The notes beneath the pieces are model-generated. The model was not told the DNA's origin. It saw only the letters and a list, made by a program, of their open reading frames with translations, and ran no database searches. From Ginglymostoma cirratum (Eukaryota), in the NCBI GenBank assembly GCA_024137785.1, contig JAHRHZ010000078.1:16528081-16592080 (forward strand): a stretch of DNA of 64,000 nt, in the 5' to 3' direction. This document shows, piece after piece, positions 50,346-62,698 of this stretch (the first letter of the stretch is position 1; every line of letters starts with the position of its first letter). The translations under genes were made by a program, and so were the position numbers.

Positions 50346-50745
50346 NNNNNNNNNNNNNNNNNNNNNNNNNNNNNNNNNNNNNNNNNNNNNNNNNNNNNNN
50401 NNNNNNNNNNNNNNNNNNNNNNNNNNNNNNNNNNNNNNNNNNNNNNNNNNNNNNNNNNNNNNNNNNNNNNNNNNNNNNNNNNNNNNNNNNNNNNNNNNNN
50501 NNNNNNNNNNNNNNNNNNNNNNNNNNNNNNNNNNNNNNNNNNNNNNNNNNNNNNNNNNNNNNNNNNNNNNNNNNNNNNNNNNNNNNNNNNNNNNNNNNNN
50601 NNNNNNNNNNNNNNNNNNNNNNNNNNNNNNNNNNNNNNNNNNNNNNNNNNNNNNNNNNNNNNNNNNNNNNNNNNNNNNNNNNNNNNNNNNNNNNNNNNNN
50701 NNNNNNNNNNNNNNNNNNNNNNNNNNNNNNNNNNNNNNNNNNNNN
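50346..50745. other. Assembly gap (400 N)
   Basis: Run of N. Confidence 1.
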
Positions 50746-50751
50746 CCTTTT

Positions 50752-50779
50752 CTGATGAAGGGTTTAGGCCCGAAACGTC
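50752..50779 (+). ncRNA. Minimal hammerhead ribozyme core
   Basis: CUGAUGA-A-GGGU uuag GCCC-GAAA-CG-UC, with predicted GUC cleavage after 50779 and palindromic ACGU stem III. Stem I is weak. Confidence 0.65.
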
Positions 50780-51148
50780 ATGTTTTCCTGCTATCTCGTC
50801 ATGTTATCTCGGATTCTCCAGCATCTGCAGTACCTTTTATCTCAGCTTCACAAGATGGTTTATGAAATGTTGTGAGTCATGAATTCTTGTTAGAAATTAT
50901 AGGTTCAACTTCAATAGTTACAGTGTTCTCCAGTTGTCCAACGAACTGGCTGAAATGTTTCCTGTAAAACTCAAAGCCGGGGCACTAACTTGACTGAAAG
51001 GCATATGGTGTCTATTCTTAACACTTTGATTTTAATTCTAACAGAGACTTAATCCAACAGTTATGACATGGACAGAGACAGCTGAACTAAATCAGCCTTC
51101 CTACCTCTTCACAACGCAGTAAAATTATACTATTGAAGACCCTCAAAT

Positions 51149-52026
51149 TGTCACTCCAATTGTCCTTAACCAGGCTTTAGAATAACCAGTCCTAGACTTT
51201 GTAAATAATTAATTAGCAGACACCAGTTTTGTATCTTAAACAAAAAAACTAATCGTTAAATATTCAATGGCTTTAGCAGAGAGAAAGTTAAACATCATGG
51301 TAGGCTGATTTTTGAAAGAACACATTTGTTTTCAGTCCCCATTCACACAAAAGGCAGACAAATAAACAAAACAGTTGAGAGATAAATAAAATAAGGAAAC
51401 TGGCCAGATTATTCATGATGCATTACTTCCTTAGCAAGTATAAATGTGGATGCCTTGGCTGTTTTTCTGGAATGTTGATTAGGGCCAGTTCATCCAGCAA
51501 TACTTCCAACTCAGCTTTCTACTCTCTGGACTTGTAGAAGCCGATGCATCAGATTATGCAGGGAGCTTTCAAATCTTCATGCTGTCTCAGTAGCAGCCTA
51601 GAAGCATCTCTCAGTAAACATGGTTCAAAAAAACAATTTTAATACTGGTGCCACCCTGATAGACTGATTGACTCTTGCCATAGCTTCAATTATCATTCAC
51701 TAACTGCCATCTTCTTGAACATCGGGTCTCTTCCAGACTTACTGGTACCAGTTTTCAGGTACTGACCTCATTAACAGCCAACTTCCACTATTTGATTAAA
51801 CATTATGCTCCTCCTGGGGTCGATGTATCTGTCTGAATCCTTTCAAACAAGACTCAGCCTGAATTTAACCTCAAGGCTTAGCCTCATCAACAAACACATC
51901 TTGTTTGAACTGTCTTCTCTTTTTATCACAAGCTATGACCAAGTCTGAAAGTCATTTCTACCTTACAGTTCAAAATTAATAAAACAATAACAATAATGAA
52001 AAATGAGTGAGGATCCTCACACAACA
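51149..52026. mobile_element. Possible solo LTR
   Basis: About 870 bp non-coding segment bounded by tgtcac and ctcaca/acaaca (TG...CA); no clean TSD seen. Confidence 0.3.
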
Positions 52027-52429
52027 TTGAAATCTGATTTAATTTCCTTTAAAGTTTCTTTTGTCCTGTCAATTTTCCTTTTCTCTCTACAGTTATCACA
52101 TTATTAACTTTCATGTGAAATTTGACGTGAACTCAACATGGTGTTTGGATTTCTGTGTAGCGATTAGGTGTTAAAGGCCTGGCTGACTTGTTTCCTCCCC
52201 ATCTGTCTGCCTTTCTTCCCAATCTCATTTTCAAGGATCCTCTAAAGTTCCACTGAAATCGTCCATAATTTTAGATGGCATAGTGCCGTGGCTGGCCTAT
52301 TTCTTTGGCAGGATGTCTGACTGGGAATTCCTCCTATTCCTACTGCCTGCCATTAAGCACACTACAAAGACTCACAGGCTGATATTCAGCAACATTCTGA
52401 ACACAACTTCTATGGCCAACAAGTTCAAG

Positions 52430-52750
52430 CGCGGTGGTATTGTGGTCATGTCAAGCAACTTAGCAGTCCAGAACACAAGGCTAATGTTATGGGGACGTGG
52501 GTTCAAATTCCACCATGGCAGATGGTGCAATTCAGTTTAAAAAAAAACGGGCTAATGGTGAACATTGTTGTCATAGAATGTCATCTGTTCACTTCAGAGA
52601 ATGAAAACTGTTATCTTTACCTGGTCTGGCCTACATGTGACTCCAGACCCATAGCAATATACTTGACCCTTCATGGCCCTCTAGCAAATTAGGGGTGGCA
52701 ACAAACACTAGGGCCAGTGACATTCTTGTCCTACGAGCAAATAAAAGAAA
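52430..52750 (+). mobile_element. tRNA-derived SINE (26890 family)
   Basis: B box gggttcaaattcc; acctggtctggcctacatgtgactccagaccc; LINE-like tail. Confidence 0.85.
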
Positions 52751-54969
52751 TCTTAAACCAGAAGCTGCAGGCCCACATGTAGGGATGCTGTCACAAGAAT
52801 ATCTTGAATATCCCTCCTAGTCCAGGGCAACCAGACTGAGTAGAGACCAGGGGTGAGGCTGGTGGATTTCTTGGTCTGTGTGTCTGAATACGTGGAATCA
52901 GCAGAGCAGTTTGTGATTTTTATTCGCTGCATTTCCTTGGACTGTTCCAGTGCTGATCTCTGCTTTGCCTCGCTGTTATCCAGAAGTAACAAAGATCTAA
53001 AAGTAAAGCAGTTCACCTTATATTGACTGAGTCAACATCCGTGTAGGACAGCAAGAAGAAGTTTGGAGCTCTTTCAGTAACATCAACTGGCAACATTTCA
53101 AGGTATATGTCAATGGCATTGTTTTGTTCTGGCAATATTAGAATCTGTTGCATGATTCTACGATTGTATTCATATCTAGCATGAGTCATTACATAAAAAA
53201 GGTTTCTCACTTGATTTGTAACTTTATGTGAGGTTCACTTTGCTGTTGCAATAAAGATGGCCACATTAACAAACATCAATTGAACTCAGGACAGGAAATG
53301 ACCCCTTCTATTGCTTATTTGACCTCCCAATGTATTAATACCGTGCAGTTAATTTTCTGAATAATGGGCACTCAGGGACACTCCAGAAAAATGAGGCCAG
53401 ATGTTGACCATTGTGAAGCCCTGAAGCGATTCATGGTCAATTAGAAGGACAATCTATGAGGCCAAGGGTTATGGAATAAAAAAAACAAAGTGAGGGATTG
53501 GGTTACACATAGAGACACTTTTCAGTTTGTCCTTACATAAGGCACTTATTCTGTATAATTTATTTCAGGGGATACACAGATGCGAGCTTCTAATGTGACA
53601 CAAGGAAAGAAATGGGACTGGGAAGAATGGAGGCAAGTCACTTGAAGCATCTAAATTAGTAACGAAATCACCCAACACTGGAAAATGGAATTCTCAGTTG
53701 ATATGAGCACACACCGGGCCAGATAATCCTGGGTGTTTCCAGTGACAGATGAAGTGGAATAGCTTCTGTTTCTAACTGTTTGGAATGAGAGAAGTCTTAA
53801 CTTTAAACCAACAAAAAGATTATTAGAAGAAGCAAAGCTTCGATAGACTTTCCAGGAGTCAGTAATTTATTGCTGATTTTTGTGTAGGTTTACTTGATAT
53901 TAATTGTATCCACAACTGAAATGGTTATGCCACACGCACTTTTCCCAACAGTAGTAGGTTACCATTTTATAAATGTTATTGATGTTGGTTTGGATCCATC
54001 CCATCCCTCAGCCAGTTTTGTGAAGGCAAGTTGGAGGGGAAAGAGAAAGCGGGGGGCAGGGGTAGTTAAGGTTACCTGCCCATATGCTGTGGGTAGTGGA
54101 TTTTCCAGACAGCCTCCTGGTTCCTGACTGCAGTGGGGTCCACTCAAACTGTCTGGAGATAGCATCCTAGCTGCAGGCCATGGGGTCTCTTTAAACTGTG
54201 GATTCTTCTCCCAGGTAGGTAAGATCTCTCGGCCTGCCAGTATAGAGTAGCAACCACAGTCTACAAAGAATAAAACCGCTCCTGAACCTCCAGCCCCAGT
54301 CTCCCTGTGGTCTGGCTGCAAGGGACCAATTCTTAGTTCAAATTATAAATGGATTTAGAGCGACCCCCCCCCCCTCCATTTTGAGATGCTTTCTGTTGCT
54401 TTAAGCAACCAACCACTTGTTTCAAATTGGAAAACCTCTGATTGGACTTTGTTTGGGGAGCACACCCATCATCTTTAATTGGATCTAACCTCAATGTCTG
54501 TCCATTAATTAGCCAGGGAAAATCACAAAGAGTGATTGTGCCCCACAAAATGCAGACTTATGACCCCCATTCGGGAGGAGTTCAGAAACTGGCAAGGAAA
54601 TTCTTGCTCCTGGTCACCACAGCAAAAAGTTACTAACTGTACTTTCCTCTGTCTCTGGCTGTGGGATGGGAGTGTCCCTTTGACAATTGCACTCAATTCT
54701 ACCACTTTTCAATAACTCATGGGTAGAGTTGCTGATGGGTGGTAATTCCCTCTCCTCCAGTTCAATTACCACCAAAAATACTGAATACCTTAGCAGTAGA
54801 GATATCGCGGACTGTTTCTAGTCGTTTCCATTGTTAGAAGTCAGGAGTAACCCAAAGCAGCCTGAAGGAATGTCTTCCACACCTGTCGGGGGCCACATTT
54901 CTAACAAACATTTGAGAATACTTTCTGAGAACATTTTATTCAATTGTTGGTAAAATTGCTATATAAAGG

Positions 54970-55093
54970 AAAAATACTAAAAACGCTAGAGATCTGAAAT
55001 TAAACCAGCCAGTACTGGAGAAACACAACAGGTCTGGCAGCATTAATGTTGAGAGAAACAGCGTTAACATTTCGAGTTCAGTCTGACTCACCT
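54970..55093 (-). mobile_element. Penelope-like pseudo-LTR fragment, truncated inside a decayed hammerhead
   Basis: ctggagaaacacaacaggtctggcagcat...gttaacatttcgag is homologous to 42429-42565. Confidence 0.7.
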
Positions 55094-55661
55094 ACAATAA
55101 AGTCCCTGACACCCAGCATTCTCAAGTAAACACCAATGGACGGAAATAGGTTTCCTCACTCTGAGAACTAATTATTTGGTCACCTCGCTCCCTTTGCTCG
55201 CTGACAGTATTTAGGAGTGGGCCTGGTCCTTCAACTGGCACATTCGAGAAACCGTGCTCCTCAGCCCCTTCCCTATGTGTGCCGGTTACCAGGGAGTTAA
55301 CTGGATTTTATTTTTATTGTCGTGTTTAATTCACTGTCACTTCTTTTCCAGGTATGCTCACCTTGAAGCAGTTCTGCACGTCTCTCTGACAGCATTTCCA
55401 ATGAATGAATAATAAGAAGAAAAAAGACTGCCATGTCAGTGAGGGGCTCCAGGGCTTCAACTGGCAATGCTTAACAGAGAGCTGACTACCACCATGCAAA
55501 TCATTGTCTTATCAAGCAAAGGCTGCTGGTGAGTTCATAAGAAAAACACCACCAGAAGGGTTACATGTATCCTTTAGTGTTAAGCAATGCAGATTTGCAA
55601 ATTGTAGTAATTAAAGGTAATCCTCGAAGCTGGTTGATTTTATATTAACTTATCAGACATA

Positions 55662-55870
55662 TTAGGTCTGGTTAGCTCGGTTTGTTAGACTGTGTGTGCT
55701 TCAGAATAACTGCAGCAGCATGGGTTCAATTCCTATACTGGCAGACTTAGGACCTGCCTCCTTGCTCTGCCCCTGAGAGTGGAAGACCATGGTAAACAAG
55801 CACTGACCAAAAAAAATTGACAAGACAACAGCTTTGGGTGACACATCAACAAAGAGCCAAAGAACTTCTT
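55662..55870 (+). mobile_element. tRNA-derived SINE
   Basis: A-box-like tagctcggtttg and B box gggttcaattcc. Confidence 0.6.
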
Positions 55871-55894
55871 CTTGGGCAGAGTACACATCGATTT

Positions 55895-56370
55895 ATTTTT
55901 TTTTGTTCATGGGCATAACTGCCAAGGCCAGCAGTTGTTGCCCACTCCTAATTATCCTTAAATCGATTGGTTTGTTAGCATTTCAGAGGGTTGTTTGAGT
56001 CAACCATATCACTGTGAGTCTGGTGTCAAACGTAGGCCAGATCAGGTAACAATGGCAGACTTCCTTCCCTAAGTGAATTACTGAACAGGGTGGGTTTTTA
56101 ACAACAATTGATGATAATTTCACAGTTTACATTCCTGAGACATGTTAAAATTCTCAAATTATTAATTCCATTAACTGCAACCAAATAAACTAACTTACTT
56201 GTCATACAGGGCCAGTGTACAAGACAAGCCAGACCAGTGTGATTCATTTACTAGTTTTACTGTTTGTTCCGTTCTGGGCGTGGTGTGATAAGAAGATATG
56301 TCCTCAGGACATTAGCCTGGGCCTCTGGATTAATAGTCCTGTGACATTACTATTTTACCACCACTCTCCC
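55895..56370 (-). mobile_element. tRNA-derived SINE (26890 family), interrupted
   Basis: gagtcaaccatatcactgtgagtctggtgtcaaacgtaggccaga ... cattagcctgggcctctggattaatagtcc. Confidence 0.7.
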
Positions 56371-57319
56371 AAATGAATGAATACATGAATAAGGTTTATT
56401 GTTTCATATTAAACCATATAAATATTGTAACTGTTCTAATTTAATGAAGGTAAAGTATTGTAATATGTGCATATCAGTCTGATAGCAATGTAAATTATGA
56501 CAGTTCAAGGACTACTAATTGGCCAATAGTGAAACTGAGGAGAAATTGGCAACTACATCACTGAATAGTGATAACACCGCCTTATGCATTTACATCTATC
56601 ATTGAGCTTCTAACTAATCTAATCAATTTTCATGTAATCAATTCAGAAGCACTAATACTTTTACCAAAATCATGCCATTATTGCTCATTCATAATTCATC
56701 TGACAAAAACAAATCAAATTCAAAGATCTCCTATCACACATTGTTATTTAAGTCCATACCCAAACTACTTTCATCCCCTTCCTCCCAAGGTGCTAATCTC
56801 TCTAATCAGTCAACTCAGCAATCAGTCAATTTGATCCTTAAATTCATAAAAGAAATATTCCCTGTAAGATGACAATTCAATTGATAATATACTCATCATC
56901 TATGGTTTGTTAACTGTAACAAATATTCATTGTATGCCTGATGTTTTAAGGCTTTTCTAACTTGAACTTCAAGGAACCGTATTAAAATTCAGATCTGATC
57001 AGAAGACAAGTTAGGGGTTCTACTTCTAAACATTGGAAACTGCCTAGCTTGACTTTATATTTTTGCCATTTCTGTTTATACCCCCTACAAAGTCTTCTGA
57101 TATTTCTCCATTTGAACTTTGCAAGCTATGCATCTATTGAAGCTAATAGCTACTTAAGGATAAGGCACCCTTATGTATCTACCAGTCTTGTTAAAAAGGT
57201 AAATAATTTTCCATTCAATTGTTCTCAATGGAATACTGGTCGTAGTATCATGAGCAGGGAAGAGTCACATTCTGTGACATTTGGCATATTCAGTGATTTG
57301 TTCTGAAAGAAAGCACACA

Positions 57320-57515
57320 TGAACCAGATCAGAATCACTGCAATGCAGGCAGAGAGGAGTATAGAGCAGGTCAGGATCACGGTGAAGCAGGTCAGAATGA
57401 CTGTGAAGCAGACTGCGAAAAGTGTAGAGCAGGTCAGGGTCACTTGTGAAGCAGTTTGGGATGATTGTGAAGCAGACTGAGAGTAGTGTGAATGGACTGG
57501 GATCACTGAACTATG
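57320..57515. repeat. Degenerate minisatellite
   Basis: Recurring gagcaggtcagg(a/g)tcac and tgtgaagcag units. Confidence 0.7.
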
Positions 57516-57955
57516 AGAGAGAAAACAATCAAACTGACATCGCACAAAGGCTGGGTATTGATTAGCCAATGAGTATTAACGCTTTATTTACCTTTCACCA
57601 AAGTAAGGGATTTAGTCTTACGAGCTCGAAATATAAAAGGTATTTTTAAAAAACGAACAGTAAGGTTTTAGGTCAAGCATTTGAATTAATGTCCCTACAT
57701 TTAAGTGACAACAGAAGAAGCAAAATGACCTCACACCACAATATTTAGATATAGTCTGTACTTTCATATCTTAAATTCTTATAATCCTGTCACATGCTAT
57801 CATAACTCCACAGGTTACTGTGCTGCGAAACAAAAACTCAAGTATTGATGAAATTCATTCAAAAGAGTATTCCTAGCTTCTGGCATCAACACAACAACAC
57901 ACCATGAACTAGAGTGGAAAAGAATTAAATTGTTTCTCAAATGGGCTGAGGGAGT

Positions 57956-57999
57956 AATGATATAATTAGTATCCAGTACAATGATATAATTAGTATCCA
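57956..57999. repeat. 24-bp-period tandem duplication
   Basis: aatgatataattagtatcca at 57956-57975 and 57980-57999. Confidence 0.9.
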
Positions 58000-58689
58000 A
58001 TGCAATTGTTACCGAATCAGAGATTGGAAATCTATTATTAACAGTGTACAAGTTGACAATGAAACTTCGTTGAATGGTTGTTTTGGTTGTTAAGTCAGTT
58101 TCTCTGTCTGTATAATTGGATTGCAGTAGGATGTAAAGTAGTATTATGCTCAATGAGTTTGTATCGCGCAATATCAGTATTTTGGATTGCTTTTTTTTTA
58201 TTTTAAGCATGAACAGTGAGGCAAGTTTCAAGAAAGTCAAGATAACATGAAAACTTAAAATGGAGATAAAGGATAGAAGAGAAATAGACAATTAAATGTC
58301 GATCACCAGTAAGGTAATTTTATACAGGAGGTGGAAAAAAGTATTGGTATAGAACTTGGGGTCTGGTCTTAGAATTTGATCCCCTTTTTTTGAGCTTAAT
58401 ATCATGACTATCCCTTGATTCAAAAATAACATGTATTTAGGGTTGTGACTTTCCGCCATGAGTCTTCACGTAACCAAACAGGCCAGTTTTTTCGACTGTG
58501 TTGGGTGCATGGGACTGGGTGATCCATAAGCTAATCAGATCCAGAGTACAGGATTTGCCACCTTTTTTCTACTCTGTTGCTATTTTGCGTAATCTTTAAG
58601 ATATTGCGATTCAAAGTGTGCTGCAGCTTGACATACAATCTGTTTCCAGTTTGAACAGTTGGTAGGCAGCAAGCTGGCCCCAGACAATA

Positions 58690-59860
58690 GCATCAATATT
58701 GCTGCACTTCAAAGAGACCTTCAGAGTTACTTTCGAACTTTTTCTTCATTTTTCCTGGAACACTGAGTATTTGAGAGTTGAGAAATAAAGAAATCACAAG
58801 TGAAAAACCTCTCAACCATCTGGATACAATGACCAGTCCATCAATGTTGATTCTGCAGAGGTTTTGCTCGAGTGCTTGTGAAGCTGGATTCAAGAAGACC
58901 AATTATTAGCTTGTCCTCACATTTAGTCTGGATAATGTGCTAGAAGCACTTCTGATGGAATTTCTTTAGTGTCACTGATGCAGATCTCACTGCAGTACCT
59001 AAGTGTCATGCTGACAAACATCTCTCTACACTAGGACCTTTTGTTCACTTGTGGAGGTCTTTGCTGTAAAATATTCACCCTGCAGCTTGTAGAAAACAGT
59101 TGGCACGGCTGATCTGATGGATCTGCTCATCAATACTGCCCATTTGAGTGCCACATTTTCTTAATCTGTCCTTCAACAAATATGGAAGATGGAATATTTG
59201 ACAAACCAAGTATAAGTTGTCATTAGGGTTTTATTTTGGCAACCTTTAAGGACAGGCCAAACTTTTTGTTTGCAGAATTGAAGAGATCGAGAGTGGTTTG
59301 AAAATGTGGTGTAAAGTAGCCAGCATCCACAAACTAGACGACATGTGCTTCTCTTTGTTTTTAGCTTTCAGGATAGATGACGTATGTCTATGGCGGTAGG
59401 TCTAGTTTTGGCACTTAAATGACCAACGTTATGAAGTTTTCCATCAAAGCAGCACTTAATACTGACATGAAAGGGGAGTTGATTTTCAGCGAGGTGAACA
59501 GCCACTGTCAGGTAAATTGTAAATATTGTGGCAGCTGTCATACACCTTGCTTGACCTGGGTTCAAATATTAAGAGTCCATTTCAGAACTTCATTCAAGAT
59601 AGTTGAAGTGATATTATCATGAAGCAATACAGGATTTTCCCTAAGTTTCTTAGACATTCAAACCTTGGAACTACAATACGCAGAGCCCCACTGTTTGCTG
59701 AGACAAATACTTTGGCCAGGTTGAATTTTTTTCCTTGGATTTGTCTGAAAATAAAATCATAATAAAAATGAAATGCCTGTTGCAAATTGAATATTGCTTG
59801 TGTATTTATACATTTGTGTACTTGGCTGGAGTGTAAGCCAATGATGGACAATTTTGTCTG
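58690..59860 (-). mobile_element. Ancient RTE (BovB-like) LINE RT remnant
   Basis: FNLAKVFVSANSGAL..VPRFEC resembles DLTKAFDTV.REGL...KFGCP. CMTAATIFTIYL...IKCCFDGKLHNVGHLSAKTR resembles CVLAPTLF...YRTDGKLFNLRRLQAKTK. Confidence 0.75.
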
Positions 59861-61229
59861 TAAAAATTGAATACAAACCCCTCCATCCCATTTTCATCAA
59901 ATCACTTAGAAAAGAAGACCCTTTTTTTAAGAAATTATTTTAAAATTTTGTGCTTTAAAATGCATTAACTTTGTGAATCACAGTAAGAGGAGGGTAATGA
60001 TTCTGTTCAAAATATGTGTATCAATACGGAGAGAACCACAGGCCATTCTCATGTAAAGAATAATCTTTCAACAGGAGGATATACTAGATTACCAGAGTTC
60101 ATGAAGAACATGCATCTGCAAAACTGAATTGTAGAAAATTTAACAAAAGACTCACTGAGAAATGTTTACTGTTCACACAAGCTTGGAGATTGATCAGGGC
60201 CTTAAAGGCTATTCATGGTACTGAAGTAAGACTGGTTTGCAGAAAAAATATATAATGTAAAAAAGGGAAAAGGATGATGGGAATGAGTAATTGAAAATAT
60301 CCCATGTAAAGTCAGTAATATCTCCAATTACTTTTGGGCATTTTTCAGAAATGCAACAGCAAGGTCTTAGATCCTAAAGTTTAAGATGAATGATTTGTGG
60401 TCTTAGAGGAAAACCATACCTCCCTCAGGAAGGGACATAAACTTGTCCTTTATTGTAATCATCTCAGCTGACCTCTGTTTTGGCCAGTAACTTTGACGCT
60501 GGAAGGGAATAAATCTCAGGAGAATCTATTTGTGGCTGTTTGTTTTTCATTGTTGCATAAATATAGATTTTTTAAGTGGAGGATTGGTTTTCCTCCTATC
60601 CCATAAATTGGAAACCCAGTGTCTACACAAGTTGTAATAGCTGTCTACTTGGCCAATTTGTCACAGAGGCGTAATCTTTCCCATCTCAGTTCCGACTAAA
60701 GCTGCACTTTGAGAAATGAGGCTGATCCATTAACAGAGTTTCATCTTTAGCACCTTCATGAGAGCTGGGAGTTTTATTGTTATTGAGAAGGATCTAGTTT
60801 TTGTCACTAGTGTACAAATCCATAGCATTTTTCTACATTATGGATAAATGTTTGGAAAAGTCAAAGGCCTCAGTATGGATTGGGAGCCAATTGTATTCAT
60901 TATTTAAATAATGTTTCTTGTTCATTTGTATTGGATGTGTATTAATCAGAATACAATTGAGGGCTGGTGTTATAGTTCTGGCACTAGAATTCTATGTCTA
61001 TTTTAGGTTTGTCCCTCCTGCTGCGCATATATCAGCAAGTACAATGTGTAGTTTAGTTAAACCGTGTTGATATTTATCTGGCGTCAATCAATTCAAGGCT
61101 TTTTTTTTGCAGTTACAGATTAAAAATTTTCCATTAGTTTTGTGCATGTGCAAGTATACCTAGGATAAAAATGGGAGTAATAGTTTGAAATAAATGGTAT
61201 TCTACCTTGTGGTGCACCTCCCCTTTGTC

Positions 61230-61950
61230 AATCATCATTAGAAAGACTTCAGTCCACCTTTGTTTCAGCCTCATTCATGGCCTTCTTTGCAAAAACTGGA
61301 GAAAAGCATTCAACTCCTTGCACATACAGAAGATGATGTATTTTATTTCCATGGCTGGATTCTTCATGATGATGAAGACCATTGATTGCTCTCATATGAC
61401 TGTCAATGCATCATCTGACCAGTCTGTGAGATTTATCAACAGGAAGACCTTCCATGCCCCCTGAAGGTTCAGGTGTTATGTGACCAGAACAGAGGCTTCT
61501 TGCAAATTTGCATTCACTTCCCAGGGAGCAACGAAGACCCCTTCATCATCCACTAAACCAAGGTGCTGTAGCTCTTCGTTCCATATTCATCCCTGGATGG
61601 ATTCTAGGGGACAAAGGATTAGGGAAATCCATAAGTGAAATGGTTACTCACCCGTTAATGTGAGCTTGAGATGGGGATATCTTCAAAACACAACAGTGCC
61701 CACAGCTGCCCCTTGTAGCTCCATCTTTGACATGCTGGTGAACACAATGGAAACCAATACTCCCCTTTAGTAAATATATTATACAATCAAATCATTATCT
61801 CCATCATGAGGAGCAATTTACCTTGCAGGCCTCCCTGTGTTTGACGACCACGACAATTATGATTCCCTTCTCCATGAGCTAGATGATCTGAAGGGGTATG
61901 AACAACACCTTCAACGTGGCTACTTTCTTTTTGGGCTCTGTGCTCCCTTT
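61230..61950 (+). mobile_element. PIF/Harbinger DDE transposase fossil
   Basis: MAGF...TIDCSHM...FINRKTFHA, VQVLCD, FPGSNEDPFI and GWILGDKG match the HARBI1-type catalytic motifs IDCTH, NRKGFHS.NVQ.VCD, PGS.HD and WLLGD.G. Confidence 0.8.
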
Positions 61951-62370
61951 TCTTGTGCAATGATGAGAGAGTGAGATCGCAGCAGGTTTAAAGGCCCCTA
62001 TTCATGACATGTTGTGTGTTTCACTGCTGGCAGATCTTCAGCAGTACCAATGCCTGGGAGCCATTCTGAATGGTCAGTAAATGTGCTGGGCTTCTCAGGT
62101 GCAGAATAGACCTTCAGGCTCCTTATCCGTACTGTTGGCTGTAGGGAACATACTAAGAGCGCTTTCTCACCGATTCAACATGACACTCATGTTACCAAAC
62201 TGAATAAGACCATTAAAATTCTTCTGGCCTACATTTACATGCCACATTCCATCAGATCACTGTGTTGGAAGACCTCAATCCAGGCTTGCTTGGTCTGGAA
62301 CAGGAGCCTTCTCCTGCCACTCTCCAAGATGAAAAAGACCTGCTTCCTTTCCTTCACAGCCTCCTGGAGA

Positions 62371-62698
62371 ATCACAGATCACAGAATTCCTACAGTGTGG
62401 AAGTAGGCATTTGGCTCATCGAGTCCACACTGACCATCCAAAGAGCTTCCCACCCAGAGCCACCCTACCCCTGCATTTCCTATGGATAATCCACCTAACC
62501 AGCACATCGTTGGACACCATAGGTAACTAAGCATGGCTAATCTGTACGTCTTTGGACTGTGGGAGGAAAGCAGAGCACCCTACACAGACACAGGGAAAAT
62601 GTGCAAGTTCCACACAGACAGTCACCCGAGGATGGAATCGAACCCAGATCCCTGGTACTGTGAGGCAACATTGCTAACCACTGAGCCACCATGCCACC
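62371..62698 (-). mobile_element. HE1-type V-SINE, full length
   Basis: Reverse head ggtggcatggtggctcagtggttagc (A box), gggttcgattcc (B box), V-domain ctgtgtggaacttgcacattttccctgtgtctg, and a CR1-like 3' tail. Confidence 0.88.

Larger units (their letters stand above)
50247..50843. mobile_element. Penelope-like insertion with inverted arms and 14-bp TSD, spanning the assembly gap
   Basis: agcttcacaagatg at 50233-50246 and 50844-50857. 50299-50345 is the exact reverse complement of 50746-50792. PLE-type end tgttatctcggattctccagcatctgcag. Confidence 0.88.

Noticed and set aside
50258-50755. 165-aa ORF
   Set aside because: Artefact of reading through the N gap.
52753-53210. Adjacent minus-strand ORFs as host exons (also 16630-16890, 28034-28297 and 36285-36585)
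   Set aside because: No recognisable protein similarity and no convincing paired splice sites.
62620-62698. tRNA gene (A and B boxes), also at 22303, 52430 and 55662
   Set aside because: These are SINE heads continuing into SINE bodies, with no complete cloverleaf.
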